Part shown: piece by piece, positions 18,206-27,568 of the stretch
How the letters are laid out: every line of letters starts with the position of its first letter
Numbering within the stretch: the stretch's first letter is position 1
Notes under the pieces: model-generated
What the model saw: the letters and a program-made list of their open reading frames with translations, nothing else
The model's database searches: none
Told to the model about the DNA's origin: nothing
Origin: a candidate division WWE3 bacterium
Lineage (GTDB): Bacteria > Patescibacteriota > WWE3 > UBA101185 > UBA10185
Reading direction: 5' to 3'
DNA length: 64,000 nt
Assembly: GCA_014729135.1 (NCBI GenBank)
Contig: WJKK01000001.1
Coordinates: 192,593 to 256,592, forward strand
Position numbers and translations under genes: made by a program

Positions 18206-18604
18206 ATGTTTAGGTGGTTGAAGCATATAGATTCCCTGGAGGATGCAGAAAAAAATATTAAGCGTGGGTATATCCTTGCGTATTTGTTAGGGGCCTTCAA
18301 CGCCCTCATTCCGCTTTTTATGGATCTCTCGGAAATTATGGATCTCTCGGAAAATTCATATTTAGTTTCTGTTCCCGGTAGTTTAGTGCACTTCATCTTG
18401 GGCTGGCTACTTCATAAGAAAAGAAGTCTTATTGCTAATTATGCGCTTCTTATTCTTAGCGTTTCGAACTTAATATTGTTGTTCACAATGGATGTAGGTG
18501 GGCTGGCCATCGGTATCAGGGCTTTTATGGTTTATATCTTTTTAAATTCTCTGAGAGCGTTATACTGGTTGAGGAAAGATAATTTACCTACTCAGGGCAC
18601 TTAA
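18206..18604 (+). CDS. Hypothetical membrane protein (contains tandem MDLSEI/MDLSEN repeat)
   Basis: 132 aa with 3-4 TM segments, transcribed divergently from the XRE gene. An internal 18-bp tandem repeat lies at about 18321-18356. Confidence 0.35.
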   Translation: MFRWLKHIDSLEDAEKNIKRGYILAYLLGAFNALIPLFMDLSEIMDLSENSYLVSVPGSLVHFILGWLLHKKRSLIANYALLILSVSNLILLFTMDVGGLAIGIRAFMVYIFLNSLRALYWLRKDNLPTQGT

Positions 18605-18616
18605 TTTTGGCAATGT

Positions 18617-19246
18617 ATGCTAGCAAGAGTTTTTTCCCCTAAAACAAGGAAGATCTTAGGCATATTTTTCTTGTTGCTTGGGTTGTCATGGGGATATGTG
18701 GTTGCCCAAAATGATATTTGGGAGCAGGGCAGCTTCTTCCAGGAAGTTTTATGGAAGGTACAAAATGCGCAAAATGAGGGGTCTGCTTTAGTCGGAGCAA
18801 AAGCCTCTAAAAAGATTGAAATGTGTATGGATACGCTTACTGCCGGACAATTCAAGTTAGTTTCTGAGAACCTACCTGAAGAATTAAAAACTGTTTTCGA
18901 AGTAACTTCCCTGCTAGAAAAAGAGTGCCTTTGGGTATTTCGTGCTGCCTACAAAGATATAACTAAAGACGGTATTAATGAAATTTTTTTAAATACCGCA
19001 GGTGCTGGGTGCGCTAGTTGCCATGCGCGACGTCTCTTAATACTTGACGGTGCCAGTTATGCCACCCTGTTTGATGAAAGTGTGGACCAAGGCTCTTTCA
19101 TCTTTGACGGTGATGCAGATTTTAAAACTAAAGAAGCGGTGCGTTTATCCAACGAAAGCTACTGCTGCCCTAGTAAAGCAATCATCCGAGACTATTACTT
19201 CGACAAACGCCCCTATTTACAAGATTTACAAGTGAGAGAGTTCTAA
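18617..19246 (+). CDS. Hypothetical secreted Cys-containing protein
   Basis: 209 aa with an N-terminal signal/TM segment and several Cys. Confidence 0.35.
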   Translation: MLARVFSPKTRKILGIFFLLLGLSWGYVVAQNDIWEQGSFFQEVLWKVQNAQNEGSALVGAKASKKIEMCMDTLTAGQFKLVSENLPEELKTVFEVTSLLEKECLWVFRAAYKDITKDGINEIFLNTAGAGCASCHARRLLILDGASYATLFDESVDQGSFIFDGDADFKTKEAVRLSNESYCCPSKAIIRDYYFDKRPYLQDLQVREF

Positions 19247-20049
19247 GCGGCTCTTTTTAAACGCATTCTTATAATTCCGATAAATTCGAGCGTCCATTCA
19301 ACGATAGACTTGTCTGTACAAAAGTTGAATAGTGCAAGTGCTCCCATAGAGATTATGAAATGCAACATGTAAGGTTCTCCCGAGAAGAATTTGATTACCC
19401 CTAAAGTAACTTCGGTTAATACTATAAGCCCTACAAACCGCCTAACGAACCTGTTGTTTAGTTCTCGTTCTTTTACTTCAGGAGGGTTTGGATCCACGCT
19501 TTTGTACTCTTGTAAGACTATCGCTAGTATTTTTTTGCCAAATTCATTCGCGTAATAGGTATAGGGGGCTATCTCATTAACTATGCCGAAGATCAAAAAA
19601 CATTTAGCCAATGGTGAATATTCCGCCGTACCGTCTAATTTCCAGAGGTTCCCGTTGACTAGAAATATAAGCGTCTTCTTAATTTGTTGTTTACTACCGA
19701 AAAACTTTGTGGGCAGTTCTTTCGTGAGTTCAATTACAATGCTTTCTCCTCCACCAGTAGCTTTTTCCTTACAACTCTCTGAGAATTTTTTTCCTTTTCT
19801 ACCTGAAGTAGGGGCTCCCTCCTCTGTCAGAAATAACAATTTGACCTCGTGTAAATACTCCTTACTTGCTTCTACCAAAAGTCTAAAATCTTCTGAGTCA
19901 CCAAGCTTTGAATCTCCTACTTCCTCTATCGTTTCCAAAAAAACTTTTAGTCTGGAGGTTCCCTCAGTTGCTAACCACTTTTTATAAGCTTCCTCCGCGT
20001 AGTAGGCTTTCTTACTAAAGTTTAATTGGCTGGGATCTTGTAAGTGCAT
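19243..20049 (-). CDS. Hypothetical protein with two C-terminal TM helices
   Basis: 268 aa, immediately downstream of and co-oriented with the 991-aa gene (5-nt gap). Confidence 0.35.
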   Translation of the reverse strand: MHLQDPSQLNFSKKAYYAEEAYKKWLATEGTSRLKVFLETIEEVGDSKLGDSEDFRLLVEASKEYLHEVKLLFLTEEGAPTSGRKGKKFSESCKEKATGGGESIVIELTKELPTKFFGSKQQIKKTLIFLVNGNLWKLDGTAEYSPLAKCFLIFGIVNEIAPYTYYANEFGKKILAIVLQEYKSVDPNPPEVKERELNNRFVRRFVGLIVLTEVTLGVIKFFSGEPYMLHFIISMGALALFNFCTDKSIVEWTLEFIGIIRMRLKRAA

Positions 20050-20053
20050 GGTG

Positions 20054-23029
20054 CTAGCTTTCTCCTGGAGTTTCCGGGTAATCTATTCGCCCTTTTCCTA
20101 ATTCAGCTACATAGCAGCTAAATGCTTCTTGAATGTAACTCCAAAACCAATTCACCTTGGGTTTAGCGTTATTTCGCCTAAACCACTTGTATATCACTTG
20201 AAACGGCACAAAAGAACCTTTTTCCGACAAGTTAGCTATGTACTTTTCTGTCCCTTTCCATATGTACAGGACGTAGGACCAGAAGTCAGAGTCTTTCTCC
20301 AGAAGTTCTATAGTGAAGTCCAAGAGGCTCAGGAAATTCGGCAAAAACAACGGATTCTTCAAATCTATTAAAGGGCTAAAAAAGGTTAAAGAAGATAGTT
20401 CCCCCTCTAGGGTGCTTACGCTGTGAACACCTTCTTTAGGAGTGTGTTTCTGAGCACGCTTTTCGATTTGGTTAAACCTCCACCAAATAGCCTCGCGATC
20501 TTCGTAGGCTCGAATCAAGATTTCGTTGCTAAGCTCTCGTATAATTTCAGCACGGGTACCTTCTTTGGTTTTGTTTTCCTGAAAAAGCTTCTTTAAGTAT
20601 TCTTCTCCTTCCCATAAACCTTTTGTGGTGAGTAAGCGTAAAACTTCCAGAGAAGAACGAACAACGTGTTCCTCCATAGAGGGATCTTCAATTAAACTCT
20701 GTACTACTTCTGCCGGGCTCGAAAGGTTAGAGGTTTGTTGTAGAAGTTGCTCCACTGTATAGGTGTAAGCAGAAGGCATGAGGCGTCTGCTATCACTGTT
20801 CGGGCTCAGGTAGCAAGAATTAACGTGGGAAAGTTCAGCATCTTCAACTTTTTGGGCAATATCTAAAATAAAACGCTGATCCTCGTAGTAGGCAAAGGGA
20901 ATATAGTCAATAAGCTTTTGCCGGTAATGTTTACGCACATAGTTTCTCCCTAGGAGTTCTCCTAAGACGCGCGCAGCTTCTCCAAAATACTGGGCTACAC
21001 CCGGACTCAATGTATAATGTTTAGAGTTGCCCGATGTGCCTTCAATAGTCACAGAGAATTCGCGTACTTTGGCTTTATCTAAAGCATTTTTAGCTATTTT
21101 TTGCAGACCTTCCTTATATTTAGGGGAAATTCTGTTTTCCAGGATCTCTTTGTTATTAAGGTAGTATCGAAATACATCCGTCATGTAGCGGTTTTCGTTT
21201 CCGCCGGCATGTAGGCGTGCTTCAAAACCTTGTAGAATTTCCTTTATTTGCTCTTCCTGGTATGTGTGCGAATTCTCGTTGTTTTCACTCTTAGGTGTCC
21301 CTTGCAATAGTGGTTTTACCCGGTTTCTTGCTTTTTCAATAGTGCTTTTAGCATTTTCGTTGTAGATCTCCTCGAAAGATTCATCCAAATCCCTTAGTAG
21401 ATTTGCATACTCTGGTCTATAGGTAAGTGCTAGAAGCTCTACCTGAGCTCCAAAGTTTCGCAGGGGTTCTTTTTCCGATTTAACAGCATCAACAACTTTT
21501 GAAAAATAAGTCTTATTGTGCGCCAGTACTTCTTTAAGAAAGTTTAGAACTATGTAGGACTTGTCGTAGTAAAGCTCATTGTTAAGTGCGTAGTATTGAG
21601 TAACTACATCCTCCAGAGCTGATAGTACTTCCTCGTCAAAAACTTCTATGACATGCTCTATTATTAGTCGGTCGCTTTTTTCCCTGTCGGGGCGACCGCC
21701 GTCGAAAATGGATTCCTTGTCTAAAAACGCCTTAAAAAATTTCTCGTCGCTAGCCATTTTCTTTAAAAAGTATACGATTCCTTCTTTACTGGAAATTTCA
21801 AAGAAGCCGTAACGTGCATAAATGTCCAGTCCTTCCTTTGTACCACGTACAAGATAGTCTATAGTTAAAGGAAGGTTTGGTGCTATTGTATAGGCTAGCT
21901 GTAAAAAGGCTTGTTTAACAAGCTTATCCTCAAACTCATACGAGTCCTTAGTTACTTCAACAATACTCGGATCGTCGAAATTTTCTAGTGCATGCAAAGA
22001 ATGCCTCTGCAAAACCCCATTACCCACATCAGAAGTAGCATAGTTAATGAGAATGTTCTTAACCTTCGTAAGCTCCCCGCTCTCAAAGGCTCCAAATTCA
22101 ACTAAAGGCCCTAATAAGGAGGCGATGTTTCCTGCTTTAGTGTAGCCTTCGTCCGTATCTATATCTACGCGACCAATTTCCCCAAAGAGGAAATCCTTTG
22201 CTTTCGGTGTTACAAACTTAGCTAAATTTTGGCCTGTCCAAACGGGGAACCATACTCTTAGCTCTTGGTAAAAGTCATAAAAGAGGTGGAAAGTAGTCTC
22301 GCATTCTTCCTCCGAAAAGGTAGTGGTAGAAACATTAGTGAGCGTTTGGGAGAGGTTTTCATTGATGTTTAAAGGATTTTTTTCTAAAAATTCGACTAAA
22401 GATGTGTGTAGAGCGTGAAGGTGCTCCGTGTCCGTTAAGAATGCATAAACTCCCAGCCAACTATGTTTAAAGGCCCTTATGCCCTCCTGTTCAAAAATAG
22501 CCGTTTTCAAAAAATTCCGCACAGGGTTTTCACGTTTAAGAATATACTGGGCCGCCAGATACTCTTGAACGGTATGATGTAGGAAACATAGACGTTCCAC
22601 CCCATCTTCACGCGTGTACGTAATAAGCGAAGAGGTGGCTAAGTCTTGTGTAAGTACGCCCTTATCACGTAGTTGCTGCAAAGTGGAATTCTCTACTTTA
22701 TTTTGCTGCAAAAGCTCCAGCGCGTAAGCCAGCGTTTCCAGCTGTCCCAGCTTTGCCGAGTTAGATTCCCTTGAGCGCACAAAGTGGTTATAAAAGTCAG
22801 ATCTAGAGAAAGAAGAGGAGTGCTTCTTGCGTAAGAAGGATTTTAGAGAAGCATACGCTTCTTTTTGGCGAACAAACGCGTTGTAGTAGTCTTTAAACCA
22901 AAAAAGATCTATGATCTCATTAACTTCTTCCTCTGTTAGTTCGAAACCCAACTCTTCAGAAGACAGCAAGCCCTCCCGTATTTCGGAAAGGTCAAGTTTA
23001 GCAGTTTCTACTTCATTTGCTGATGACAT
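20054..23029 (-). CDS. Large (~991 aa) alpha-helical hypothetical protein
   Basis: The ORF track begins at a TTG (23044). The first ATG (MSSANEVET) is at 23027-23029. Contains a CFLHHTVQEYLAAQYIL segment that resembles the winged-helix region of STAND/NACHT NTPases, but no P-loop. Confidence 0.45.
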   Translation of the reverse strand: MSSANEVETAKLDLSEIREGLLSSEELGFELTEEEVNEIIDLFWFKDYYNAFVRQKEAYASLKSFLRKKHSSSFSRSDFYNHFVRSRESNSAKLGQLETLAYALELLQQNKVENSTLQQLRDKGVLTQDLATSSLITYTREDGVERLCFLHHTVQEYLAAQYILKRENPVRNFLKTAIFEQEGIRAFKHSWLGVYAFLTDTEHLHALHTSLVEFLEKNPLNINENLSQTLTNVSTTTFSEEECETTFHLFYDFYQELRVWFPVWTGQNLAKFVTPKAKDFLFGEIGRVDIDTDEGYTKAGNIASLLGPLVEFGAFESGELTKVKNILINYATSDVGNGVLQRHSLHALENFDDPSIVEVTKDSYEFEDKLVKQAFLQLAYTIAPNLPLTIDYLVRGTKEGLDIYARYGFFEISSKEGIVYFLKKMASDEKFFKAFLDKESIFDGGRPDREKSDRLIIEHVIEVFDEEVLSALEDVVTQYYALNNELYYDKSYIVLNFLKEVLAHNKTYFSKVVDAVKSEKEPLRNFGAQVELLALTYRPEYANLLRDLDESFEEIYNENAKSTIEKARNRVKPLLQGTPKSENNENSHTYQEEQIKEILQGFEARLHAGGNENRYMTDVFRYYLNNKEILENRISPKYKEGLQKIAKNALDKAKVREFSVTIEGTSGNSKHYTLSPGVAQYFGEAARVLGELLGRNYVRKHYRQKLIDYIPFAYYEDQRFILDIAQKVEDAELSHVNSCYLSPNSDSRRLMPSAYTYTVEQLLQQTSNLSSPAEVVQSLIEDPSMEEHVVRSSLEVLRLLTTKGLWEGEEYLKKLFQENKTKEGTRAEIIRELSNEILIRAYEDREAIWWRFNQIEKRAQKHTPKEGVHSVSTLEGELSSLTFFSPLIDLKNPLFLPNFLSLLDFTIELLEKDSDFWSYVLYIWKGTEKYIANLSEKGSFVPFQVIYKWFRRNNAKPKVNWFWSYIQEAFSCYVAELGKGRIDYPETPGES

Positions 23030-23035
23030 GGCCCC

Positions 23036-23063
23036 ACTATACAATAGAAGAAAGAGAAGTCAA
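23036..23063 (-). promoter_or_regulatory. Sigma70-like promoter (TTGACT-N16-TATAGT) driving the 991-aa gene, predicted leaderless
   Basis: On the minus strand the sequence is TTGACT tctctttcttctattg TATAGT ggggcc ATG. The -10 ends 6 nt before the ATG. Confidence 0.5.
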
Positions 23064-23069
23064 CGAATT

Positions 23070-23115
23070 TTAATGTGTTTGTCACAATCTTGGGAAGACT
23101 TGGACGTGCCCGAGG
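23070..23115. promoter_or_regulatory. Palindromic operator-like element, copy 1 (degenerate arms)
   Basis: TTAATGTGTTTGTCACAATCTTGGGAAGACTTGGACGTGCCCGAGG is collinear with copy 2 at 25176-25222. Sits about 10 nt upstream of the -35. Confidence 0.5.
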
Positions 23116-23225
23116 TTCTCATGCGAAACAAAAGGTGCGCTAGGGGAATCTCTAGGGGTGCGCTAGGGAATTGTGAAATAATTCCCGAGCTTCCTAGAAG
23201 AGGTCAAAAATAACTTGCGCAATTA

Positions 23226-24248
23226 CTATTCCGAGGGGATTTTGTATTTAATGTCCTTGTTCCCGTGCAGAACTATCAAACTGTAGCTAGAAGCATCCGC
23301 AGGTATCTCGTAAAATAATTTACCTTTCTCTGCAAGAGAAGGACCCAATGTTCTATAGTCCAAATAATCTTCTATTCCAATGGAATCATCATAAGTTTCA
23401 AAGGTTCTTCCAGCAGAATCTTCTAGGGTTATACGTGAGTCGGGATTAAAGTCAAATTCAGAGTTTGTGGTATTGACTAGCTTCAAATTCACAGTAACAA
23501 ACTTTGCTCCCTCTCTTGCGATATGGGGCTCTCCATAAGAAGCGGGGAGCTCTTGTGACTCTTCAAAGGATTCAACTGTTAATTCATAGGTGGCGGTCTT
23601 TATCGTTTCCCCGACATTTGCCTGTACGATTTCTAAATTATCCTTGTTAGAGCTTGTGCCCTCGTCTTCAGGAATCTCTCCGATTTTCATGCCCAAAAAA
23701 GAGCCATATTCTGAGTAATCCCGGAACACTTCAAAGGCAATGTTCTCGAACCCAGCCTTATTAGAACTACATTTTGCGATTTTCTCTCCGGTTTCTTCGT
23801 CATTAAAGTTGATAGTAAAGTGCTCAATTGAGTATCCGGATAAGTAGGATTCATAGTCTTCGCCTTCTTTGAAATTTTCTACTATTTCTTTTTGGTCTTC
23901 CGATAAATTGGATTCCTCAGCAAAGAATCCTTCATTAAAGGCGGAACAGGTAAGGTTAACTAGGAAAGGAGCAGTTGTAACAGTTTCTCCTAGGAATTCA
24001 GTATATTCGTCATCGTCTGCCACGGGTAAATCCGTAGAAATATCTGCACTTTTTGTAACTTTGTTCCTTACAACTGTTACTTTAGTGTCACCCTTTTCGT
24101 ATGAAATTTCGTCGGTGACGATTTTCTCCTTTTTGGTGCGTGTACCTCCTTCCTCATCTATCTGGGCTTTAGGTCTGAAAATGAGCCAAGCTGTTCCTAA
24201 AAGCAGTACTGAGGCAGCTATTATGGTTATTAGATCCTTCTTTTTCAT
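23226..24248 (-). CDS. Membrane-anchored extracellular protein with C-terminal DUF4352-like domain
   Basis: Start placed at MKKKDLITIIAASVLLLGTAW (TM anchor). The C-terminal beta-rich domain looks DUF4352-like. Confidence 0.4.
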   Translation of the reverse strand: MKKKDLITIIAASVLLLGTAWLIFRPKAQIDEEGGTRTKKEKIVTDEISYEKGDTKVTVVRNKVTKSADISTDLPVADDDEYTEFLGETVTTAPFLVNLTCSAFNEGFFAEESNLSEDQKEIVENFKEGEDYESYLSGYSIEHFTINFNDEETGEKIAKCSSNKAGFENIAFEVFRDYSEYGSFLGMKIGEIPEDEGTSSNKDNLEIVQANVGETIKTATYELTVESFEESQELPASYGEPHIAREGAKFVTVNLKLVNTTNSEFDFNPDSRITLEDSAGRTFETYDDSIGIEDYLDYRTLGPSLAEKGKLFYEIPADASSYSLIVLHGNKDIKYKIPSE

Positions 24249-24350
24249 GCCCGTATTATAACAGGACTTAGACGTACTATTGACAGCGAGTATTACTAGC
24301 TCCAAAAGGTCGTGCGAGAAAGCTTCTACGTGAGTTGCTTTGGCATATGA

Positions 24351-25031
24351 TTAGTTTTCTAATCTCATGAATACAGGTTCAATAGTTTCTTCTTCGCTTC
24401 GATTTTCATTATTATAGCTTAGATTATTATACAATTGAATTCCTACATGGGAGGGTCTTACTTCAATGGGGTAAAGAAGAATTTTGTCCACCGTACCTTC
24501 TCTCGTGATCTCTATGGTGTCATGCCCTTTGAATTTGGCTCTGCCCTCAATTAGGCTTCCCTCCACCTTTAAAAGCCATACATTGTTATATTTTCCGTAT
24601 AGGGACGCTGGGGCCGCTTCTAGCTTCTTCTCGACTTTTTTTGCCAAATCTTTTTGAGGGCACTTAAGCGAGTACGTGTTATTACAACTAAACATGTCAT
24701 TCCATTTTGCTAATTCTTGGTTAAAAATTTCGACGTAAGGGTAATAAAGGTTTTCTTTGTCATATTTTTCACATTGCCTGTCACCATAAGCCCCGGACCA
24801 TTTATTGCAGATAGTAAATTTTTCATCCAAATTGTCCAGATATAGACTTTTGTCCACCTCATTTTTCAGGTTTCTGGGGAGTTCCTCGTATGTATAGACT
24901 TTTGCATCCTTAAAGATATAGGCCTCACGAAATTCTTCCGTATAAGAAGTTGTAGATGGAGTCTCTTGAAAAGTACAGGCGGTTAGTAGGGAGGCAAGCA
25001 ACGTTATGTATATTAGACTCTTAATCCTCAT
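24351..25031 (-). CDS. Putative lipoprotein
   Basis: Signal peptide with lipobox MRIKSLIYITLLASLLTAC. Confidence 0.5.
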   Translation of the reverse strand: MRIKSLIYITLLASLLTACTFQETPSTTSYTEEFREAYIFKDAKVYTYEELPRNLKNEVDKSLYLDNLDEKFTICNKWSGAYGDRQCEKYDKENLYYPYVEIFNQELAKWNDMFSCNNTYSLKCPQKDLAKKVEKKLEAAPASLYGKYNNVWLLKVEGSLIEGRAKFKGHDTIEITREGTVDKILLYPIEVRPSHVGIQLYNNLSYNNENRSEEETIEPVFMRLEN

Positions 25032-25175
25032 TTACAGCCATTTTAGATTTTTTATTCAGTTTTGTCTAAATGGGGCATATTTGGTTTGAATTTCGTTCTT
25101 AGTTCTATCCCAAAATTTCTACCAGATTTCTAATAAAGTGCTGTACGGGGAGCCATTAAAGTTCGTATTCGAACT

Positions 25176-25222
25176 TTAATGCGCTTGTCAAAATCTTAAA
25201 AAGATTTTGACATGCCCGAAAG
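25176..25222. promoter_or_regulatory. Palindromic operator-like element, copy 2
   Basis: Core is GTCAAAATCTT-AAA-AAGATTTTGAC, a perfect 11-bp inverted repeat. The same flanks (AATG..CTTGTCA / ATGCCCGA) as copy 1. Contains TTGACA on the minus strand. Confidence 0.55.
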
Positions 25223-25327
25223 AATCGCAAAGCGATTCTTGAGCAAGAGGCGAAGCAACTCGCATGGGCCAGGTAAATGCGACTGAACAGGAGCATTTAG
25301 CTGCACCCGAAAACTTGCGTAGCAAGT

Positions 25328-25807
25328 TTGAGCTCCGGAGAAACTTTGAGCTCGATTCTGAGTATTAGAATTTATATGAACAACACAGAGCTTATTAATT
25401 TTATATGGGACAATATGATAGCAATATTTCTGTTTATTTTTTCACTGCTTCCTGTTCTTCCGGCAAAAATAGTTGATAAGTTTGGCTATGAAATAGCTCA
25501 GCGCTATGAAAATCCAAATCCGGCGAACTGGTCCATAATGAAGTTTATCACGAGGCAACTGTTTAATGGGGTAATTAGCGAAATAGCAATCAATTTAGGG
25601 TTGAGGGGAACAGTATCCCTAGTATTATTTGCTGTGGTTTTTACGGATCTATTAAATAACAAGACACTTTCAAACCAATCATTAACAGTTATTGCAGTAG
25701 CAGTTTTATCTCTATATCTTGAATATCTTGTTCAAAACGCAGAAGAAATTGAATTTTTCAGGTTATTCAAGTACAAAAGTAAAAAACCTAAAAAGGATCA
25801 GCAGTAG
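25328..25807 (+). CDS. Hypothetical membrane protein
   Basis: 159 aa with 4 TM segments. Confidence 0.35.
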   Translation: MSSGETLSSILSIRIYMNNTELINFIWDNMIAIFLFIFSLLPVLPAKIVDKFGYEIAQRYENPNPANWSIMKFITRQLFNGVISEIAINLGLRGTVSLVLFAVVFTDLLNNKTLSNQSLTVIAVAVLSLYLEYLVQNAEEIEFFRLFKYKSKKPKKDQQ

Positions 25808-26073
25808 TTACTTTTCTTATTCTCATCTCTCCTTGTCTTCAATAATTCCCACGGAGCGCTCCTACTAAATACCAAAAATACTTTGTTTAACGAATCATGT
25901 GGGTCAGGGGTTTTTGCCCGTTGCCCTGTAATTATTGAGTGAATTAGCTCCTTGTTTTGAATAATTATTTCCGCAATTTAGAATCCTTTTCAATATTAGT
26001 TAGGCAATACAGTGTTACAGAAAAATCTCCTTTCCTACGGAATGTGGAATTTTTAATGATATACTTTTCGTGC

Positions 26074-26538
26074 ATGGAAAATATGCCTTTAAAAACTCTA
26101 AAAGGAAACAATGGTCAAATAGAGTTGTATGGTTCTTGCATTGTTATTAAAAGAAAAGGCTTTTTGGCTAAACTTACGCATGGTTTTACCAAAGGTGAAA
26201 AAACAATATCTTTTGATAATATTAGTGGAATTCAAGTCAAAAAGCCGGGACTAACCTCGGGGTACATCCAGTTCAGTATCTCCGGGGGTAATGAGAGTAC
26301 GGGAGGTGTGTTTCAAGCTACTCAAGACGAGAATACTGTAGTTTTTCCACACAAAAAGGATTATCCGATTGCTGAAGAGATAAAGAGTTACATTTTGAAG
26401 CACAAAAGAGACAGCACCTTAGTTTCTACCTCGGGTAGTAGTGCTGACGAAATTCTTGAGTTTAGAAAACTTGCGGATGCAGGAGTAATTTCAGAGGAGG
26501 AGTTTGAGAAAAAGAAGAAGGTATTATTGAACCTTTAA
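26074..26538 (+). CDS. Bacterial PH-like domain protein with C-terminal SHOCT domain
   Basis: C-terminal EILEFRKLADAGVISEEEFEKKKKVLL matches the SHOCT motif. Start placed at the internal Met (MENMPLK); the ORF track starts at 25957. Confidence 0.45.
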   Translation: MENMPLKTLKGNNGQIELYGSCIVIKRKGFLAKLTHGFTKGEKTISFDNISGIQVKKPGLTSGYIQFSISGGNESTGGVFQATQDENTVVFPHKKDYPIAEEIKSYILKHKRDSTLVSTSGSSADEILEFRKLADAGVISEEEFEKKKKVLLNL

Positions 26539-26542
26539 CTCT

Positions 26543-27550
26543 ATGAGAACCATCTTTAACCCACTCAAATCCCTCTGGGACAAAAGTCCCCTCCATAAAA
26601 TCCTCCTCATACTCCTCTTTCCCATAACCCTCACATACATAATCATTGCTTACAAAAACTGGTCCGCCAAAACAAAAACCATTGTAATAGTACTCTTTTG
26701 GGCTCTTATAGGCGCTTTAAATACATCCTCAAATACATGCACGGTCTCCACTCCTTTAACCTCAGCGGAAAATTCCACCTCCATAAACCCCTCAACTACC
26801 GCTAAGTTAGCACAAGAAACCACTCCCAAAACCCCCTTTGAAAAAGGAACTGTAACCTCCGTTGTTGACGGCGACACAATTCACGTTTTAATTGAAGACA
26901 CCGACGTGACAGTTCGCTTGATAGGTATCGACACCCCTGAAACCAATCACCCTTCGGAGCCGGTTCAATGCTTTGGCAAAGAAGCCACACAGGCCTTAAA
27001 AGATTTAATTTTAGATACCGAAGTAGCTTTAGAAAAGGATGTTTCTTCTGTTGATAAGTACGGCCGGGCTTTGCGTTATGTTTGGTCGGGTGACGTTTTG
27101 GTAAACGAGTTCATGGTTCGCAATGGATATGCTTTTGCGTCGGCTTATCCTCCCGATGTGAAGTTTCAGGATCGTTTGGATTCTGCAGAGGAGTATGCGC
27201 GAACTAATTCTGCGGGTTTGTGGGCAGAGGCTACATGTGATGGTGATGTTTATACGGGAACTTATAGGGATCCTGATTTTGTGGAAGAGGCTGTCGACAC
27301 TGGAGGGGCTGCGCCCTCTTCCAATACTTCTGTGTCAACTACAGAGAGTGTTCCCGCTTCAAATGTTTCATCGGTTCCTTCCGCACCTGCTCCGGAACCG
27401 GCAGCTGCTCCAGCCTTTTCTTGTAGCTGCAGCAAAACTTGTAGTGAAATGGTCTCTTGTGAAGAAGCTTACTTTCAGCTAAATACTTGTGGCTGTTCCG
27501 CTAGAGACGGTGATAGCGATGGTGTTCCCTGTGAGAGCATTTGTCGGTAA
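26543..27550 (+). CDS. Secreted thermonuclease (SNase/micrococcal nuclease family) with C-terminal Excalibur Ca-binding domain
   Basis: SNase core with DGDT and RLIGIDTPE motifs. N-terminal TM anchor. C-terminal Cys-rich tail containing DGDSDGVPCE. Confidence 0.75.
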   Translation: MRTIFNPLKSLWDKSPLHKILLILLFPITLTYIIIAYKNWSAKTKTIVIVLFWALIGALNTSSNTCTVSTPLTSAENSTSINPSTTAKLAQETTPKTPFEKGTVTSVVDGDTIHVLIEDTDVTVRLIGIDTPETNHPSEPVQCFGKEATQALKDLILDTEVALEKDVSSVDKYGRALRYVWSGDVLVNEFMVRNGYAFASAYPPDVKFQDRLDSAEEYARTNSAGLWAEATCDGDVYTGTYRDPDFVEEAVDTGGAAPSSNTSVSTTESVPASNVSSVPSAPAPEPAAAPAFSCSCSKTCSEMVSCEEAYFQLNTCGCSARDGDSDGVPCESICR

Positions 27551-27568
27551 CTCCCTCTTCTCTCCACT

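Noticed and set aside
20054-23029. 991-aa protein as a STAND/NACHT NTPase
   Set aside because: It has only the winged-helix-like FLHHTVQEYLAA signature. No Walker A/B motifs occur in it or in the flanking ORFs, so an NTPase call is not supported. It is kept as a hypothetical helical protein.
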